Assembly: GCF_009914755.1 (NCBI RefSeq) | Contig: NC_060932.1 | DNA from: the human T2T-CHM13v2.0 reference genome, Homo sapiens | Reading direction: 5' to 3' (one strand) | Length of the DNA stretch: 64,000 bases | Part shown: positions 1-13,980 of the stretch, piece after piece | Position numbering within the stretch: position 1 is the first letter of the stretch | Layout of the letters: every line of letters begins with the position of its first letter | The notes under the pieces: generated by a model | What the model was told of the DNA's origin: nothing | Database searches by the model: none | The model's input: only the letters and a program-made list of their open reading frames with translations | Position numbers and translations under genes: made by a program

Positions 1-929
1 ATAAAAAGATTGGGTCACTGCATACTTACAGGTCCTATGGCCCACCAAGAATGTTTGTACATATCCTGTCTTTCCTAGCCCATGAAAGAACTAAGAGCTC
101 TTGTCAATCCCTACATAGACTTTGCTCAGATGAAACAGAACATTAGACAACAGAAAAATCCTTATATAAAACCACCTTTGAGATTAGTGTAGGTCAAGTA
201 TGAAGCAGCTAAAAATGTATGAAAAATAATAACAGTAGGAAACTAAGTATAGAAGCTTACATGTCTGCATTCCAACTGAAGAGAGTAGTCTTTGTGTAAG
301 AGGACCCCAAACTTTAAAACACATTGAAGAAAAATTGTTTTCAGTGTACAAACAGTAGAGGAAGATAAAAAGTATTATACTTCTTTATTTTTTTGTTATA
401 TCTTATCTATTTCTTGAGTTACAGAAAGTCTGAGAATACTGTAAGACAGATAAAAGCATAATTTTCTTTCAATGTAGTTCCCACCCATTGCTTTAGAATC
501 AGTGTGGATTTCTTTCCGTTTCTAAAGTTAGGATGATTTCCAGCATAGCTTGTGTTGTTATGAGCCATCTGGTTTTTCATTGAGATGTAGTGAGAAGTGG
601 TAATAATAACTGCTAGTCAAACACAATTTTAATTGTATTATAAATCATCATTATGATACCTCAAAAGGCTCATTAGAACTTAAAATACATATATATATAT
701 ATGTACATAAATTAAAAAGTGAATTTTATTAATTTGGGCACTAATGCTCATTACTATAACTTCCTTTATTGCTGTAACATTGTGTCAGTGGGTAACAACA
801 GAGATAAACATAATAGACTAATTTTAACTTTGGAAGGACTTCAGTTTTATTAGGTGCTAAATTCTATTTTATTTTTAAATTCTATTTGCTGAAAATTATA
901 TAATGGCCATGAGCTTTTGAATCATTAAT

Positions 930-1250
930 AAATCATTCATTCAACAACTCATTAAAATATTTCATGAATACCTGTTTTGTACTTAATTGTGCATTTATAT
1001 ATTTCAATAATTTATTGCATACTTATCATTTAGCAGGCATTATCTTGGTTGGTGAAATTCAACATTGACCTATAGATAGAAGAAGAGAATGATTCTTACT
1101 CTTTTCAAATTTGTGGTCTACACAGACTCTATAGAAATAATTCCACAGGAACTTTTTTATTTACTCTTGTAACACAAAGAATATACACATCCTATCTCTC
1201 AGAAGCATACAATTTAATTAGAGGATTAAGACATATGTACACAAAAATTA
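930..1250 (-). mobile_element. Degenerate L2 LINE 3' fragment
   Basis: ATTCATTCAACAA...AATTTATTGCATACTTATCATTTAGCAGGCATT resembles the antisense L2 3' end; highly diverged, boundaries approximate. Confidence 0.45.
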
Positions 1251-1337
1251 ACTAACCATGTACATTGGCATTATAAGTGGAATGCTGTGGTAGATACAGA
1301 GATGCACTGACCAATACTTTTTTTTCCAAGCAAGAAC

Positions 1338-1706
1338 TTGTTACCCAAGCCATCAGTAAAACCCTCAACTTCCTTTTGTCAGTATTTTTATTGTTTGCTG
1401 CAGGCATGGAAAGCCAGGTTACACAAAACATTCCGTTCCTGGAATGATCCATGTCCAAATGGCTACTCAGGTAGGAATAAGAGAGCTCAGCCTCCACAGG
1501 AATTGAGGGACAATTTCATATGTGCTTTGTAACTCCCTATGGGGTAAAGATTTGCTGGTTTGGGGTTGTAGTTTGAGTCCTCCCTCCACCTAATTCTTTA
1601 TCTCCCCATCTCTTTCTTCTACAGTTGTCAACTCCTAACAAGTATCCCTCACATCAAAATTTCACCTCCACAGCTGGTCTCCTTCTAAAGAAACCAACCT
1701 CTGATA
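1338..1706 (+). mobile_element. LTR16-family 5' LTR (ERV-L class)
   Basis: Ends ...GAAACCAACCTCTGATA like the LTR16 3' end and is immediately followed by PBS-like TTTGGTAGCAAGACTGATCC; 5' boundary approximate. Confidence 0.6.
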
Positions 1707-1888
1707 TTTGGTAGCAAGACTGATCCTAGAAAGCAGGTGACATAGCGGGATTTTGGAGCTGTATCCCACACTGCCTAGTTGGTGATGAGGATCACAAAAC
1801 TGGCAGTAGATGTAGTACAGACAGTTTCTGATACAAGATGGTGATCCAATATTTTAAGCTCTCACTAGTAGCAAATTGAAGTAAATAT

Positions 1889-3526
1889 CACAAACAAATG
1901 GGAAAACATCCCATGCTAATGGATCAGAAGAATTAATATTGTCAAAATGACCATATTGCCCAAAGCAATCTATAGATTGCTATCAAGATACCACAGAATA
2001 AGAAAAAAAATCTAAAATTTATATGGAACCAAAAAACAGCTTAAATTAACAGAGCAATCTGAAGCAAAAAAGAAAATCTGCAGGCATCACAGTACCTGAC
2101 TTCAAATTACACAGCAAGTTTATAGCAAACAAAACAGCATGGTGTTGGTATGAAAATAGACACCTGGGTCAATGGAATAGAATATAGAACTCAGAAATAA
2201 AGAATCCAGAGAGAAAGCCACATATGTTCAGCCAACTGATCCTTGACACAATTGACAAGATCACACACTGGGGAAATAACACCCTTTTCAATAAATGCAG
2301 CTGAAAAAATTGGATTGCCATATGCAGAAGAATAAAAATGTACCCCTACCTCTCAAAAGAAACAAAAATCAACTCAAGATGGATTAAAGAGTTAAATGTG
2401 AGACTTAAAACTATAAAAATACTGGAAGAAAACCCAGGTAAAACTCTTTAGACCTTGATCTAGGCAAACAATTCATGACTGAGACCTCAAAAGCACAAAC
2501 GGCAATAATAAATACAGAGAAATGGGACTTAAACCAAAAAGCTTCTGCATAGCCAAACAAATAATCAACAGAGTGAGCAGACAACCTGCAGAATGGAAGA
2601 AAATATTTGCCAACTATCCATCTCACAGAGGACTAATATCCAGAATTCACAAAGAACTCAAACAACTCAAACAAACAAATAAATAATCTCATTAAAACAT
2701 GAGCAAAGGACATAGACATTTTTCAAAAGAAGACAAAAATGGCCAGCAAGCGTATAAAAAATGTCCAACATCAGTAATCATCAGAGAAATGCAAATTAAA
2801 ACCACAATGAGATATCATTTTACATCAGTCAGAATGACTACTGTTAAAAAGACCAAAAACAACAGTTGTTGGCAAGGATGTGAAGAAAAATGAATGCTTA
2901 TACACCGTTGGTAGGAATGTAAATTAGCACAACCTCTGTGGAAAACAGTTTGGAGATTTCTCAAAGAACTAAAAACAGACCTGCCATTCCATCCAACAAT
3001 CCCACTACTGGTTGTCTACCTAAAAGAAAAGAAATCATTATATTTAAAAAGATACGTGGATTCATATGTTCATCACAGGACTATTTACAACAGCAAAGTC
3101 GTGGAATCAACCTAAGTGCCCATCAATGAATGACTGGATAAAGAAAATGTGATATACATTGTATATGTGATGTGATATATACTACTTAGCCATAAGAAAT
3201 AATAAAATTATGTCTTTTTAGCTACATGGATGGAACCTAAGGCCATTATCTTAAATAACTCAGAAATAGAAAGTCAAATATCACATTTTCACTTATAGTG
3301 AAAGCTAAATAATGTGTACACATGGACATAGAGTGTGGAAAAATAGTCACTGGAGACTCAAAAGGGTGGGAGTGTGGGAGGAGGATAAGGGAGGAGATGT
3401 TTCATATTGGGTACAACATACAGTATTTGGGTAATGGTGATACTAAAAGCCCAGACTTCACCACTAAGTAATATATCCATGTAGTAAAACTGCACTTGTA
3501 CCCCCTAAATCTATAAACAGAAAAAA
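1889..3526 (+). mobile_element. 5'-truncated L1 (L1PB-type 3' end)
   Basis: ORF2 3' part plus 3'UTR ending ...CTGCACTTGTACCCCCTAAATCTATAAA; TSD candidate GAAGTAAATAT (1878-1888) / GAAGCAAATAT (3527-3537). Confidence 0.9.
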
Positions 3527-3616
3527 GAAGCAAATATATTAACTATTGTGATTTAGCAGTCAGTGGAAAAGTCTGAAGAAAAGAGTAACTCTAAGGATAA
3601 TAAAATTAGATGACTG

Positions 3617-3950
<334 letters not shown>

Positions 3951-4626
3951 CTATTGAAAGATAAATATAAATTCCCAGTTATTAACAAATAATTGAGAAC
4001 CAACTGTAAAAGCCAGATGACCTCCCTAGAAGCCCTAGAAGTTTACAAAGACACTCTCATCTTATGCTTCAAAAATGGAGCAATAGAGAAACGTGATGAT
4101 TAGGCCAAAAGCTATTCCAGCTGCAGAGAAAGTTAAATTCCCAACCACAACATGTCTGTAATGCCTACAACAGGGTCCTGATTGGGAACAAACGTGACCC
4201 TGACAGTTGGGATGGGGACGTCTATGTGGATGTCAACGAAAATTTTGAAGATAAATGTTTTTATGAACACTTTGAGCCTGAAAATATGGCACATCCCTTA
4301 CTCTTAAGAGAACCCTCTAAGCAAGACAAAATCTGCCTCTATTTCTTCTCCTTCCATTAAGTTTACAACTTTGATTAAGTCACGGCATAACTTAGTTGGG
4401 GTATACTGAGTCTAATAAGGAAAAGAAATTGCTCCCTCAAAGTGGCTAGACCTAACCAACACATACCAGCAGGAGCCAGGGAAAAATGCATGAGACTAGA
4501 TTCTAAGAGTACTTGATTCAAGGGACTAGAACATAAAATTGGATTGGAAAGCCCTTATTCATTTGGAAGCACTACCTCAAGATAGACTTAAATACTTTAG
4601 CAAGGACCTCATGTAATGTAGGGAAG

Positions 4627-4672
4627 TCACTAGACTGGTACCTTGAAGCTCACTAGACTGGTATCTTGAAGC
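4627..4672. repeat. 23-bp tandem duplication
   Basis: TCACTAGACTGGTACCTTGAAGC / TCACTAGACTGGTATCTTGAAGC. Confidence 0.9.
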
Positions 4673-5628
4673 ATGGACAAATGAATGGGTGATGCTGATT
4701 GAAGTTAAAATGCCAGAATTACATGTCAGACTGCAGAAAATAAGATTAAAAGGCTCAGAGATATGAGCATGCTGAAGTGAATGAACTATGTAGGGCAGGA
4801 ATGCCTACCATGGAGAGCACAAAAGACATGCCATTACCAAGGCCATTGGAATGCATTATTGAGAGAGCCACCAGTAGTACTGAAAAATTTGCTAAATTCT
4901 CCTCTGTAAGGGGGCTTAATAGTAGCACAGACTCAATAATAGCAGTAACAATGATAGGACCCTAAACAATGGAAGCCAGGCTGCTACACTTAAACACTAG
5001 AAGCTATGAGGATGGGGAATGATCATAATAAGCTGCAAGACCAGAGTGATAGTCAAGGGTACTTGGCCCCATAGAGTCATGGAGATTGAACATGGTACCC
5101 CAAGCAGCAAACTAGATGGGCACTATTGAGCTTGTACCATAAGAAGAAAACAAAGAAAGAATTCATGATGTGGGCACATATTCTAACAAAAATCACTGTC
5201 ATTTCCACAGTTTCCAGATGTCAGGCAGATCCTGTTGTTTTAAAGGAGACTGGGTTCAAAAGAGGAAGGACTATACAAACTTATGTCAATTTTACACAAT
5301 AATGATTTCTCCAGTTCTCCTCAAAGAGGCCCATGATCATTTCCACAGGTAACTGTACATTAAGGAGAAGGAAATATTGAACATTTTGAAGACTATTGTT
5401 CGATAGAGGAACTGAGGGAAGAACACTGACTCTGAAACACAGTGCCTTTGTTAGAGAGGAACACATGCAGGCCAGATAATAAATCAATTCTAAGCTTACT
5501 GTATATACGTGTATTGGGTCTTATCTCTGAATGCTTGATTGATATTAGAATACTTAGTAGGCAGTGCAATCAGCACCTTGAGTCCTTGTCCCTTGGATCA
5601 AGAGAAAGTATAGGTGAATACACATTAA

Positions 5629-6195
5629 TGTATTAAGGTTTTCCAGACAAATAAAACCAGTAGGATGAATATATGCATATGTATATATTCATAATACATG
5701 TATATAACCATAACATATGACAAATTATAAAGAATAGGCTCACCTGACTACAGAGCCTGAGAAGTTCCAAGATCTTTAGTAGGCAAGCTGAAGACCCAGG
5801 AGAGCCAATGATAAAGTTTTAGTCCAGGTCCAAAGGTTTGAGAATCAGGAAAAACAATGTTATAATTTCAGTCCAAAAGCCACCAGGCCTGAGATACATA
5901 AGGAAGCAATGTTTCAGTTCAAGTCCAAAGGCAGGAAAAGATATACCAGCCCAAGTACTCAGGCCAAAGGAGTTTCCTGTACTTGCAAGAAGATCAGCCA
6001 TTTTGTTCTATTCAGGCATTCAACTAATTGGACAAGGCCCACCTACCTTGGAGAGGATAATCTGCTTTACTCAAACTACTGAATCGAATGTTAATCTCAC
6101 CCAGCAGGACTCTCACAGACACACTCAAATACTGTTTTACAAATGTCTGGCAATCCATGAGCCAGATAAATTGACACACAAAATTAACCATTACA
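5629..6195 (-). mobile_element. Solo MLT2 LTR (ERV-L)
   Basis: Starts TGTATTAAGGTTTTCCAGA and ends AAAATTAACCATTACA (reverse of MLT2 termini); host ERV sequence resumes after it. Confidence 0.85.
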
Positions 6196-6943
6196 GTGAA
6201 GTGCAGTGGAAGCCTCTGGAACTGTTCCTCCTCCAGACAAGAGAGGGAATATAAAACAATGTTTCATTATAGGAGTAAGCAAAATTAGTGCCAGCCTTAA
6301 AGACCTAAAAGATGAAAGGATAGTAGTCCCCATGATGATGTCTATTTAATTTACCAATCTGGTCTCCCAGAAACCAGATAAATTCTGGAAAATGAAAGTA
6401 GACTATCACAAACTGACGTTGTAGTAGTTTCAATTTTAACCACTGTAACACACGCTGTAACTTTGGTAGAGCGGATTAAAATGAACTCAGCTACATGAAA
6501 TGCACCTATTGATTTGGTAAATACATTTTTTAAAATTTAGTCATAAAATAGAATCAGAATATTTTGCATTAAATGAAATGGACAACTTTACAGCAAGCAA
6601 GGTATGATTGCAGACTCATAGCCACGAATCTACTGGTCATATTCCATACCACACCATATAGAACCCGCTGTCCTGAATGGCAGGTTGAAATGGTCTGCCA
6701 AAGTGCCGTTAAAGCATTAGGGTAGAAGTGATAAGAGATTAGATTGTTGTCTTTTAAGATGAGGATACGAATTAAATTAAGTTCCTTTATATGTCACTGT
6801 GTTCCCATTAGGAAGAATATATAGATATGGAAAATAAGTCATCAAAACGGAAAAGGTCTCACTTATCATCATTTTCAGTGACCAACTAGAGCCCTTTGTG
6901 CTTCCCATCTACAAAACTCTGCAAGATTAGAGGTCTTGGTTCC

Positions 6944-6990
6944 GCTATTAGTGAGGGTTCTTCAGCAAAACCAAACACACAGGATGTGTG

Positions 6991-7028
<38 letters not shown>

Positions 7029-7202
7029 GGCAATCTGCTAGAGGATGCCCTCTTGCTTGAGGAATCTATTCCTATTGTTCTCTGATTGAATGAGGCCCAT
7101 CTAAGTAATGGAGGACATCTGCTTACTCAAAGTTAATTGATTTAAATATTAACCTGATCCAATATCACCCATATTACTTGACATATAATATTAACCATTA
7201 GA
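6944..7202 (-). mobile_element. MLT2 3' LTR of ERV-L provirus (internally deleted, contains (CA)n)
   Basis: CTATTAGTGAGGGTTC...ATTAACCATTAGA, followed by the reverse polypurine tract TTCTACCTCTT. Confidence 0.8.
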
Positions 7203-10200
7203 ATTCTACCTCTTATAAAATTGGCACCTATGCACATCTTAAAACCACAGTTAATTCCAAATAAAGACAATAACAAAGTCATACATCCAACTAATATGAC
7301 AAGGCTAGCCTATGCACAACTAAAAACACACTAACCCTTTCTTAGAAAAAGATGTAAAATCCCTAGATGATGTTTATACTTTTGATATTCTATAATTTAA
7401 ATACTATGATGTAAAGCTAACAATACTTAAATTCTGTAATATAAAGTCAATAGATCTTATGTCACATAATAAGTATATAAGAAAGAACAAATGTATTTGC
7501 ACAATATACTCAGGACAATTATAGTCTTTATTGCTATAACTGGTCATGTAGTCATTTAGTCATAGCTGGGATTCATAACTACCTTTTTTAACCATTCTTT
7601 GTTACCTCTGCCTTTAGCAAACACCTCAGCTGTTCGTGGTTTGTTACCTGGCAGAGTGACCCAAATCTTCATTCATGAAGGGTCTGGGCCATTGGTAGCT
7701 CTGTCTGGGTTGGGTTGCTGTAGTTGTTTTCACAGGAAATGGTAAATCTTAGATGTATCCTAGGAGATCTCCTGTATTCCAGACATACTCTTTCATACCT
7801 CTATTATGAAGTAGCAGTCCAATTTCCTCACTGGTAGTCAGGATCAATAATCCCAGACACCTTTCAAAATTCTTCTTGACAGAGATTGTCCTTTCATAAG
7901 CTTTCATATGGGAAACAAATATGTTTGCTATTTTTGTCCATATGGAGAAATATATCCACATGATTCCCAGACTTTATTCTCATCAATTTTTCAATCATAT
8001 TTGTCCCAACTTCCTAACCATCCAGCCAAACCATTTGCCACAGACCATGAAGCAGTACAAAATCACACATCTGAACATTTTTCCTTCCAAGCATAATGAG
8101 TGACCAGGTGCACTGCTCACAGTTCTGCCAACTGGTAGAATTTTTCTTCACCACTGTCCTCAGGGGTATCTCATAAGGGAGCTGTAGTGCTAAAGCTGTC
8201 CACTTTCAGATGGTGCGTGTATATCATGCAGAATCATGTAAACCAGGCCCAATTTTTCTTTTCCTCTGTCAATTGATGGTGAGGAGTTCCTCCTCATGAG
8301 ACCATAGGTTAAGGCTAGTAAAAAGAAGGCAGTGCAGTGGGAGTGGAGGCCATGGGCATTTGGACCACTTCCTCAATGAACGTATTTGTGCCTTCAGAGC
8401 CACCATCAACTGATCTCATATATGCCACTTGCATTAGATAATGTGCTTTCTGCTGTGCATGTCCAACTTTATGGTTTGATGGGTAGGACGACTTTAGTTT
8501 GTGATGGGTAGCTCAGGTTGTATAATAACCTGGTGACCCATGGTTAAACATTCAGTCTTTACTGAGACCGAGTAGCAGGCCAACAGCTGTTTTTTAAAAG
8601 GAGAGAACTCATCTGCAGGTGATGGCAGGACTTTGCTCCAAAATCCTGAAGGCCTGTACTGTCACTGTAATTCACCTATAGGGGTTTGCCAAAGTCTTCA
8701 AACAACATGTCTATCTGCAATTTACACCTCAAGTTCCCTTGGATCTTCTGGATCATATGGCCCAAGTGGCAGAGCAGCTTGCACAGCAGCCTTGACTTGT
8801 TGTAGATCCTTCTCTTACTGTGGGACTTACTCAAAACTATTTGCTTTGTAGATCATTTGGTAAATAAGTCAAAATAACACAAGCTAATAAAAAATATGTT
8901 GCTTCCCAAATCAAAAAGGCCCACTGGGCATTGTGTTTCTTTTTTGGTTGTAGGAGAGGCCACATACAGCAACTTATCTTTCATCTCAGAAGAGATATCT
9001 TGACGTGTCTCTCACATCACAAGTCTCTAGTAATTTCACTGAGAAAGAAGACCTGTCAATTTTTGTCAGATTTTTTCCTACCCCCTGACACAAATGTCTT
9101 ATCAATAAGACTAGAATGGTTGCTGCTACTGGCTCACTATGTGCAATCAGCATAGTGTCATCAATGTAATGGAAGAGGGTGATATCTCATGTGTGGGAAA
9201 AGTGGTCATGATTCCTGTGAACTAAAGAGTGCCATAGGGCTAGAGAGTTGATATACCCCTGAAGTAGGACACTGAAGGTCTATTGCTGGACTTGCCAGCT
9301 GTAGGAAAAATGCTTCTTGAGATCTTTTTTAACAGGCATGGAGAAAAAAAATATTTTCCAGATTAATAGTTGCATACCAGATATCAGGGGATGTGTTAAT
9401 TTGCTGAAGCAATGAAACCACATCTAGTATGACAGCTGCAATTGAAGTGGCCATCTGGTTAAGCTTACGATAATCCATCGTAATTCTTTAAGATCCATCT
9501 GTCTCTGCTCAGGCCAAATAGAAGAGTTGAATGGGAATGTGATGAGAATCACCACCCTGCACATTTAACATCTTTCAAATCCTTGATGGTGGCACTAAGC
9601 TCTGCAGTGTCTTCAGGAAAGTGGTATAGCTTTGGGGCTTCTATTTTTCTAGGTAGAAGCAGTTCTAATAACTTCCATATGGCTTTTCTATCATAATAGT
9701 TCTCATTCTACAGGACAGGGAAGCAGTGTGGGAATTCTGCCACTTGCTGAGTATATCTATTTCAATTATGCATTCCAGAACTGGGGAAATAACCACAGGG
9801 TAGGTTCAGGGACCCATTTTACCCACTGTGAGATGAACCTGAGCTACAACTCCATTGAACATGTCATGCCCATAAGCTTCTATGTTGACTGGTAGACTGC
9901 AGTGATGTTTAGGGTCCCCTGAAATGTGTCAGTTCAGAGCCAATGTCTAATATTCCCCAACATTTTTGATTATTTCCTTTTCCTCAAAGCAGTTACTCTA
10001 GTAAAAGGCTATAGGTCCCTTTAGGGAAGGCTAAGAGAAAGATTAACAGTAGAAGTTTTTGTCAGTGGGTCAGGGTCCTTCCTCAAGGGGACCTAGCCTC
10101 CCCTTCATTCAAGTGGTTCTGGGTCTATAAACTAGTTAAAATCTGGGAATTGACTAAGAGGGTGTAATTTTTTATGTGTTTTTATGATTCAGGTTAGACT

Positions 10201-12178
10201 TTCATTCACCTTACCTAAAACTTTTCTGCTTATACAAATCAACTAAGAATTTTGTAGTTTTCCTATTTTACTTATAGAAATACCATGATCAAATAGCCAA
10301 TGCTGTAGGTCTGCATGTGTCAGACTATTCTGATTTCTGCTTTGATTCTGCTATTAATTACAGTAATCACACCCAACTCACTATTGGTGGTTGAATCCCA
10401 TCACTTGGTCCTTGCCACCCTAGGATCTAATTACTCCCAATTACAACCTAACTGAATTTAGCTTACCCAATTTAGTGACCACAGTTTTCATTAAAAGGTC
10501 TGGCCTCTGTAAAACACTGGTCACGGAGCTCTTCAAAAATTCGGGGGCTTCCCACCCAAATTTATTTCTCACAGTCATGGCAAAAGTTGAGTCTTCTGGA
10601 TCCTCCCAGGTTGAGTGAGTAGTTCTTAGATGACAAATTCATTCTAACATTCCAACACCTTTGAACTATTCCTTTATAGTAAACCAAGGCAAGTCTGGAA
10701 TTTCATGTTCACATCCTGTGTTCCATCTTTTGGTCCATGTTTTAGCGAACAAACCACAAAAACTGTTGGAGTCTTTTTTATCTCTCTGACCAACAACATT
10801 TAATGTAGAATCTGTGCTTCATGGGTCCAGATCAATTAATCCAGCCTGATTCAACTTTATTTGCCTTCCACCATTATCCCACACTCATAATATCCATCCC
10901 CACACATATTCTCTGAATTTTTATGTGCATAAATAAGAAAACACAAGTAATTTTTTGGAGTGTAATTTTTTTGAATTACAATTTGTACCCCACCTTTAAG
11001 GGTCTACTGGAACTTGAGTTCAGTTAAAAGGATAAAAGCAAAATGAGGTGGTGGGCGGTGGGTCCTAGGAAGACTCAGGAGAGGCCTCTTGAAATGCAGT
11101 TGCTTCAGGAGAGGCCATTACAGTTTCCTCAAGCAGTCCAGGATTAATCCTCTCAAATATAGGTGGAGAAGCTGCTTCTACTGGCAAAGAAAACTCATTA
11201 GAATTTTGAGGCTCAGTGTCCCAGCTTCATTAGGGTCTTTTGATAGTTCCCAATTCAATCTTTCAGGATGCCGTTATCAATGACCCACCTTAATGGTAGA
11301 CACCTTGTCAGTATGGGAACTCAGTATGTTTTATAAGTCAATCATCTGCCGAATGAAATTCTAGCTTTGGTTTTTAGCAGTCTCTTCTCTGCCACTATCG
11401 GAGATAAAAGTCTCATTTGGGGTAGAAATAGATGCCTTCAGGTCATTTACATGGTGCTGAGCTAGAAATTCAAATCCTTAAGCTCATTATTTTATTCCCC
11501 ACTTTGTCCAGGGATGTTAGAAGCAGCCAGTCAGTCTTATTATACTCATTAGTTTGACAGAAATGTTTGAAAGTATCATATACATGGTCACTCAGATCTT
11601 TGCTTCTCTTATGTATTTGATTAGGAGGATCTAATGGCAATGTTTTGAATAACTCTATTGCCAGACCATGCCATGTACTATAAGTGTTCTCTTTACTACT
11701 GGAAATAGAGCATTAGTAGTATCTTTAAAACTTATCAGATTAGGCCAGGAGCGGTGGCTCGTGCCTGTAATTCCAGCACTTTGGGAGGCCAAGATGGGTG
11801 GATCACCTGAGGTCAGGAGTTCGAGACCATCCTGCTCAACATGGCGAAACCCGGTCTCTTCTAAAAATGCAAAACATTAGCCGGGCGTGGTGGCGGGTGC
11901 CTGTAATCCCAGCTACTCGGGAGGCTGAGGCCTCCTGAGAATCGTTTGAATCCAGGAGGTGGAGGTAGCAGTGAGCCGAGATCATGTCACTGCACTTCAG
12001 CCTGGGCGACAAAAGTGAAACTCTGTCTCAAAAAAAAAAAAAACAAAAAAAACAAACAAACAAACAAACAAAAAACACTTATCAGATTACTGAGTTAATT
12101 CCAGAAACCTCAGAATCAATCCAGAAAATTCATCCTTAATTTTATTTCCCTCTAAAAACATTCTTGGTAACAAAAGTT
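7203..12178 (-). mobile_element. ERV-L (HERVL/ERVL-B4-like) internal region: decayed gag, protease, RT, RNase H, dUTPase tail; integrase deleted
   Basis: Reverse PBS at ~12160-12172; RT motifs on minus strand ~9000-9620; ORF 7749-7961 carries IFVSHMKAY (RNase H) joined to EIGLLLHN..EYVWNTGD (dUTPase). Confidence 0.9.
11743..12076 (+). mobile_element. Alu (AluS, Sq/Sx-like) inserted in ERV-L gag
   Basis: Full dimer, A/(CAAA)n tail, perfect 13-bp TSD ACTTATCAGATTA at 11730-11742 and 12077-12089. Confidence 0.95.
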
Positions 12179-12505
12179 TGTGTTAGGGTTCTCTAGAGAA
12201 ACAGGTATGTTTTGTACATGTGTATATGTGCATATATAGATATATTTTAATGAATCAGTTCACATGATTATGGATGCTACTGAGTCAAAAATCTGCAGTG
12301 CGCTCCAGTAGGCTGGAGACTTAGGAGAGTCGATGGTGCAGTTCTATTCTTAAGGCAGGCAGGCAGGCAGAGACCCAAGAAAGCTGATAGTGCAGATTTG
12401 GTTCTTAAGTAGCCCACTGGAGAATTTCTTCTTTCTGGGGAATGCTTGTCTATTTGTTCTAGTCAGGCCTTCAACTTACTGGATGTGGCTGACACACTTC
12501 ATGAA
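12179..12505 (-). mobile_element. MLT2 5' LTR of ERV-L provirus (truncated)
   Basis: TGTGTTAGGGTTCTCTAGAGAAACAG adjacent to the PBS; TCAGGCCTTCAACT..GGATG motif; outer end missing. Confidence 0.85.
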
Positions 12506-12677
12506 ACATAGTATAGTACAGCTCTGTATTTCCCTTCCTTCAGGTCAGTTAGACTCTGGTAAAACACATGTTGGATAGATGCTAGGAAAATAGTTTATCT
12601 TGAAGCCAGGTATTGTTAAGAATAGAATCCTCTGCATGTGTTTTTACATGGTTACGTCCTAACTCCAATGTTGAAAG

Positions 12678-13864
12678 TATAAACCAAAAATAAAATTCTA
12701 AGCTCCCACAACAGACTGAATATACCTCCACTCTTGGTCGAGGGGATTCCAAAGAAATCTGAAAAATTAGTTCAGGCCATAATAAGAAAGAGGATGTGGG
12801 CCTGCCACATTATACACTCACCCATTTGAAGTTTAGACATAACTGACCAGCATTAACATTAAAACAGAGATCTTAGGACTGACAAAACAGATTCTCTATA
12901 GATATAAGATACAAAATTCCAACATGACTCTAGTATGTTATCACATGACAGATAACAAGCTTTAAAGGAAATCAAAGTATGTTAGTCTGATACATATTTC
13001 TTATTAAAATTATTATTATTATTATTATTATTATTAGAGACAGTGTCTTACTCTGTCACCCAGGCTGGAGTGAAGTGGTGTGAACACGGCTCACTGAAGC
13101 CTTGACGTCCTGGGCTCAGGCAATTCTCCTGCCTCAGCCCCACCAAGTAGGTGGGACTACAGGTGTGTACCACCATGCCTAATTTTTTTTTTCATATTTT
13201 TTGTAGAGATGGGGTTTCGACAAGTTGCCTAGGCTGGTCTTGAATTCCTGAACTCAAGCAATCTGTCCACTTCAGCCTCCCGAAGTGCTGGGCTTTCAGG
13301 TTACCAGATATATTTATTTTACATATTTTGAAATGGCCTTGGAAAGCTCTCTCCTATGGGGTAAATTTACATTGTATAGAGAATCCTCTTTCCTTTCCAG
13401 AACTTTTTCTGATTGAAGGGATTAGCTTAGAGTCTATCACCTTTTAAAGGTCTGAAAAGGAAACATTTGCTACCTATTGCCTCTAAGGGTGGCCACTTAT
13501 CAGACTTCATCTACATAATTAAGAGCCTTGGTCTTCACAATCCCTTATCTTAACCCAGAAGTTTATTTCTATTTATTCCAGACTTTTATATAACTTAACT
13601 CTTTCAACCAATTGACAATCAGAAATCTTTGAATCCACCTAAAAGATGTAAGCTCCTGCTTTGAGGTATCCTCCTTTTCCAGACTGAACCAGTGTAAACC
13701 TTACATGTATTGATTGATGTCTTATGTTGCCCTAAAACACAAAACCAATCACCTTGAGCATATGATCTCGGGACATCTTGAGGCTGTGTCCTGGGTCAAT
13801 ATTCTCAACCTTGGCAAAATAAATCTCTAAATTGATTGAGACTTAGATAATTATTTGGTTTACA
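12678..13864 (+). mobile_element. MER4-family solo LTR (MER4D/E-like, ERV1)
   Basis: Begins TATAAACCAAAAATAAAATTCTAAGC and ends TTGGCAAAATAAATCTCTAAATTGATTGAGAC..TTTGGTTTACA. Confidence 0.85.
13003..13301 (-). mobile_element. Alu (AluJ-like) inside the MER4 LTR
   Basis: (ATT)n tail, GCTCACTGAAGCCTTGACGTCCTGGGCTCA, CTCCTGAACTCAAGCAATC-like J features; 5' end slightly truncated. Confidence 0.9.
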
Positions 13865-13980
13865 GAACTATCAGAGTTTTTCTTGTATCTTTACTATGAG
13901 AAGTTAATAAGGCTCTTGAAGGAAAACAACTAGCAAAAATTTGAGGGCCTTTCTGAGACTGGGTCCCCTTATAGTTTCTT

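Larger units (their letters stand above)
12515..13980 (-). mobile_element. Ancient L1MC-type 5'UTR fragment, split by a MER4 LTR
   Basis: 12530-12660 and 13870-13975 align by eye with 43590-43840 (CTCTGGTAAAA..ATAGTTT..TGTTAAGAA..CAGAAT). Confidence 0.65.

Noticed and set aside
5614-5628. GTGAA as TSD of the solo MLT2
   Set aside because: The left copy lies 10 bp outside the apparent LTR terminus; ambiguous
5838-6254. 138-aa ORF
   Set aside because: Chance ORF across an antisense MLT2 LTR with a non-ATG start
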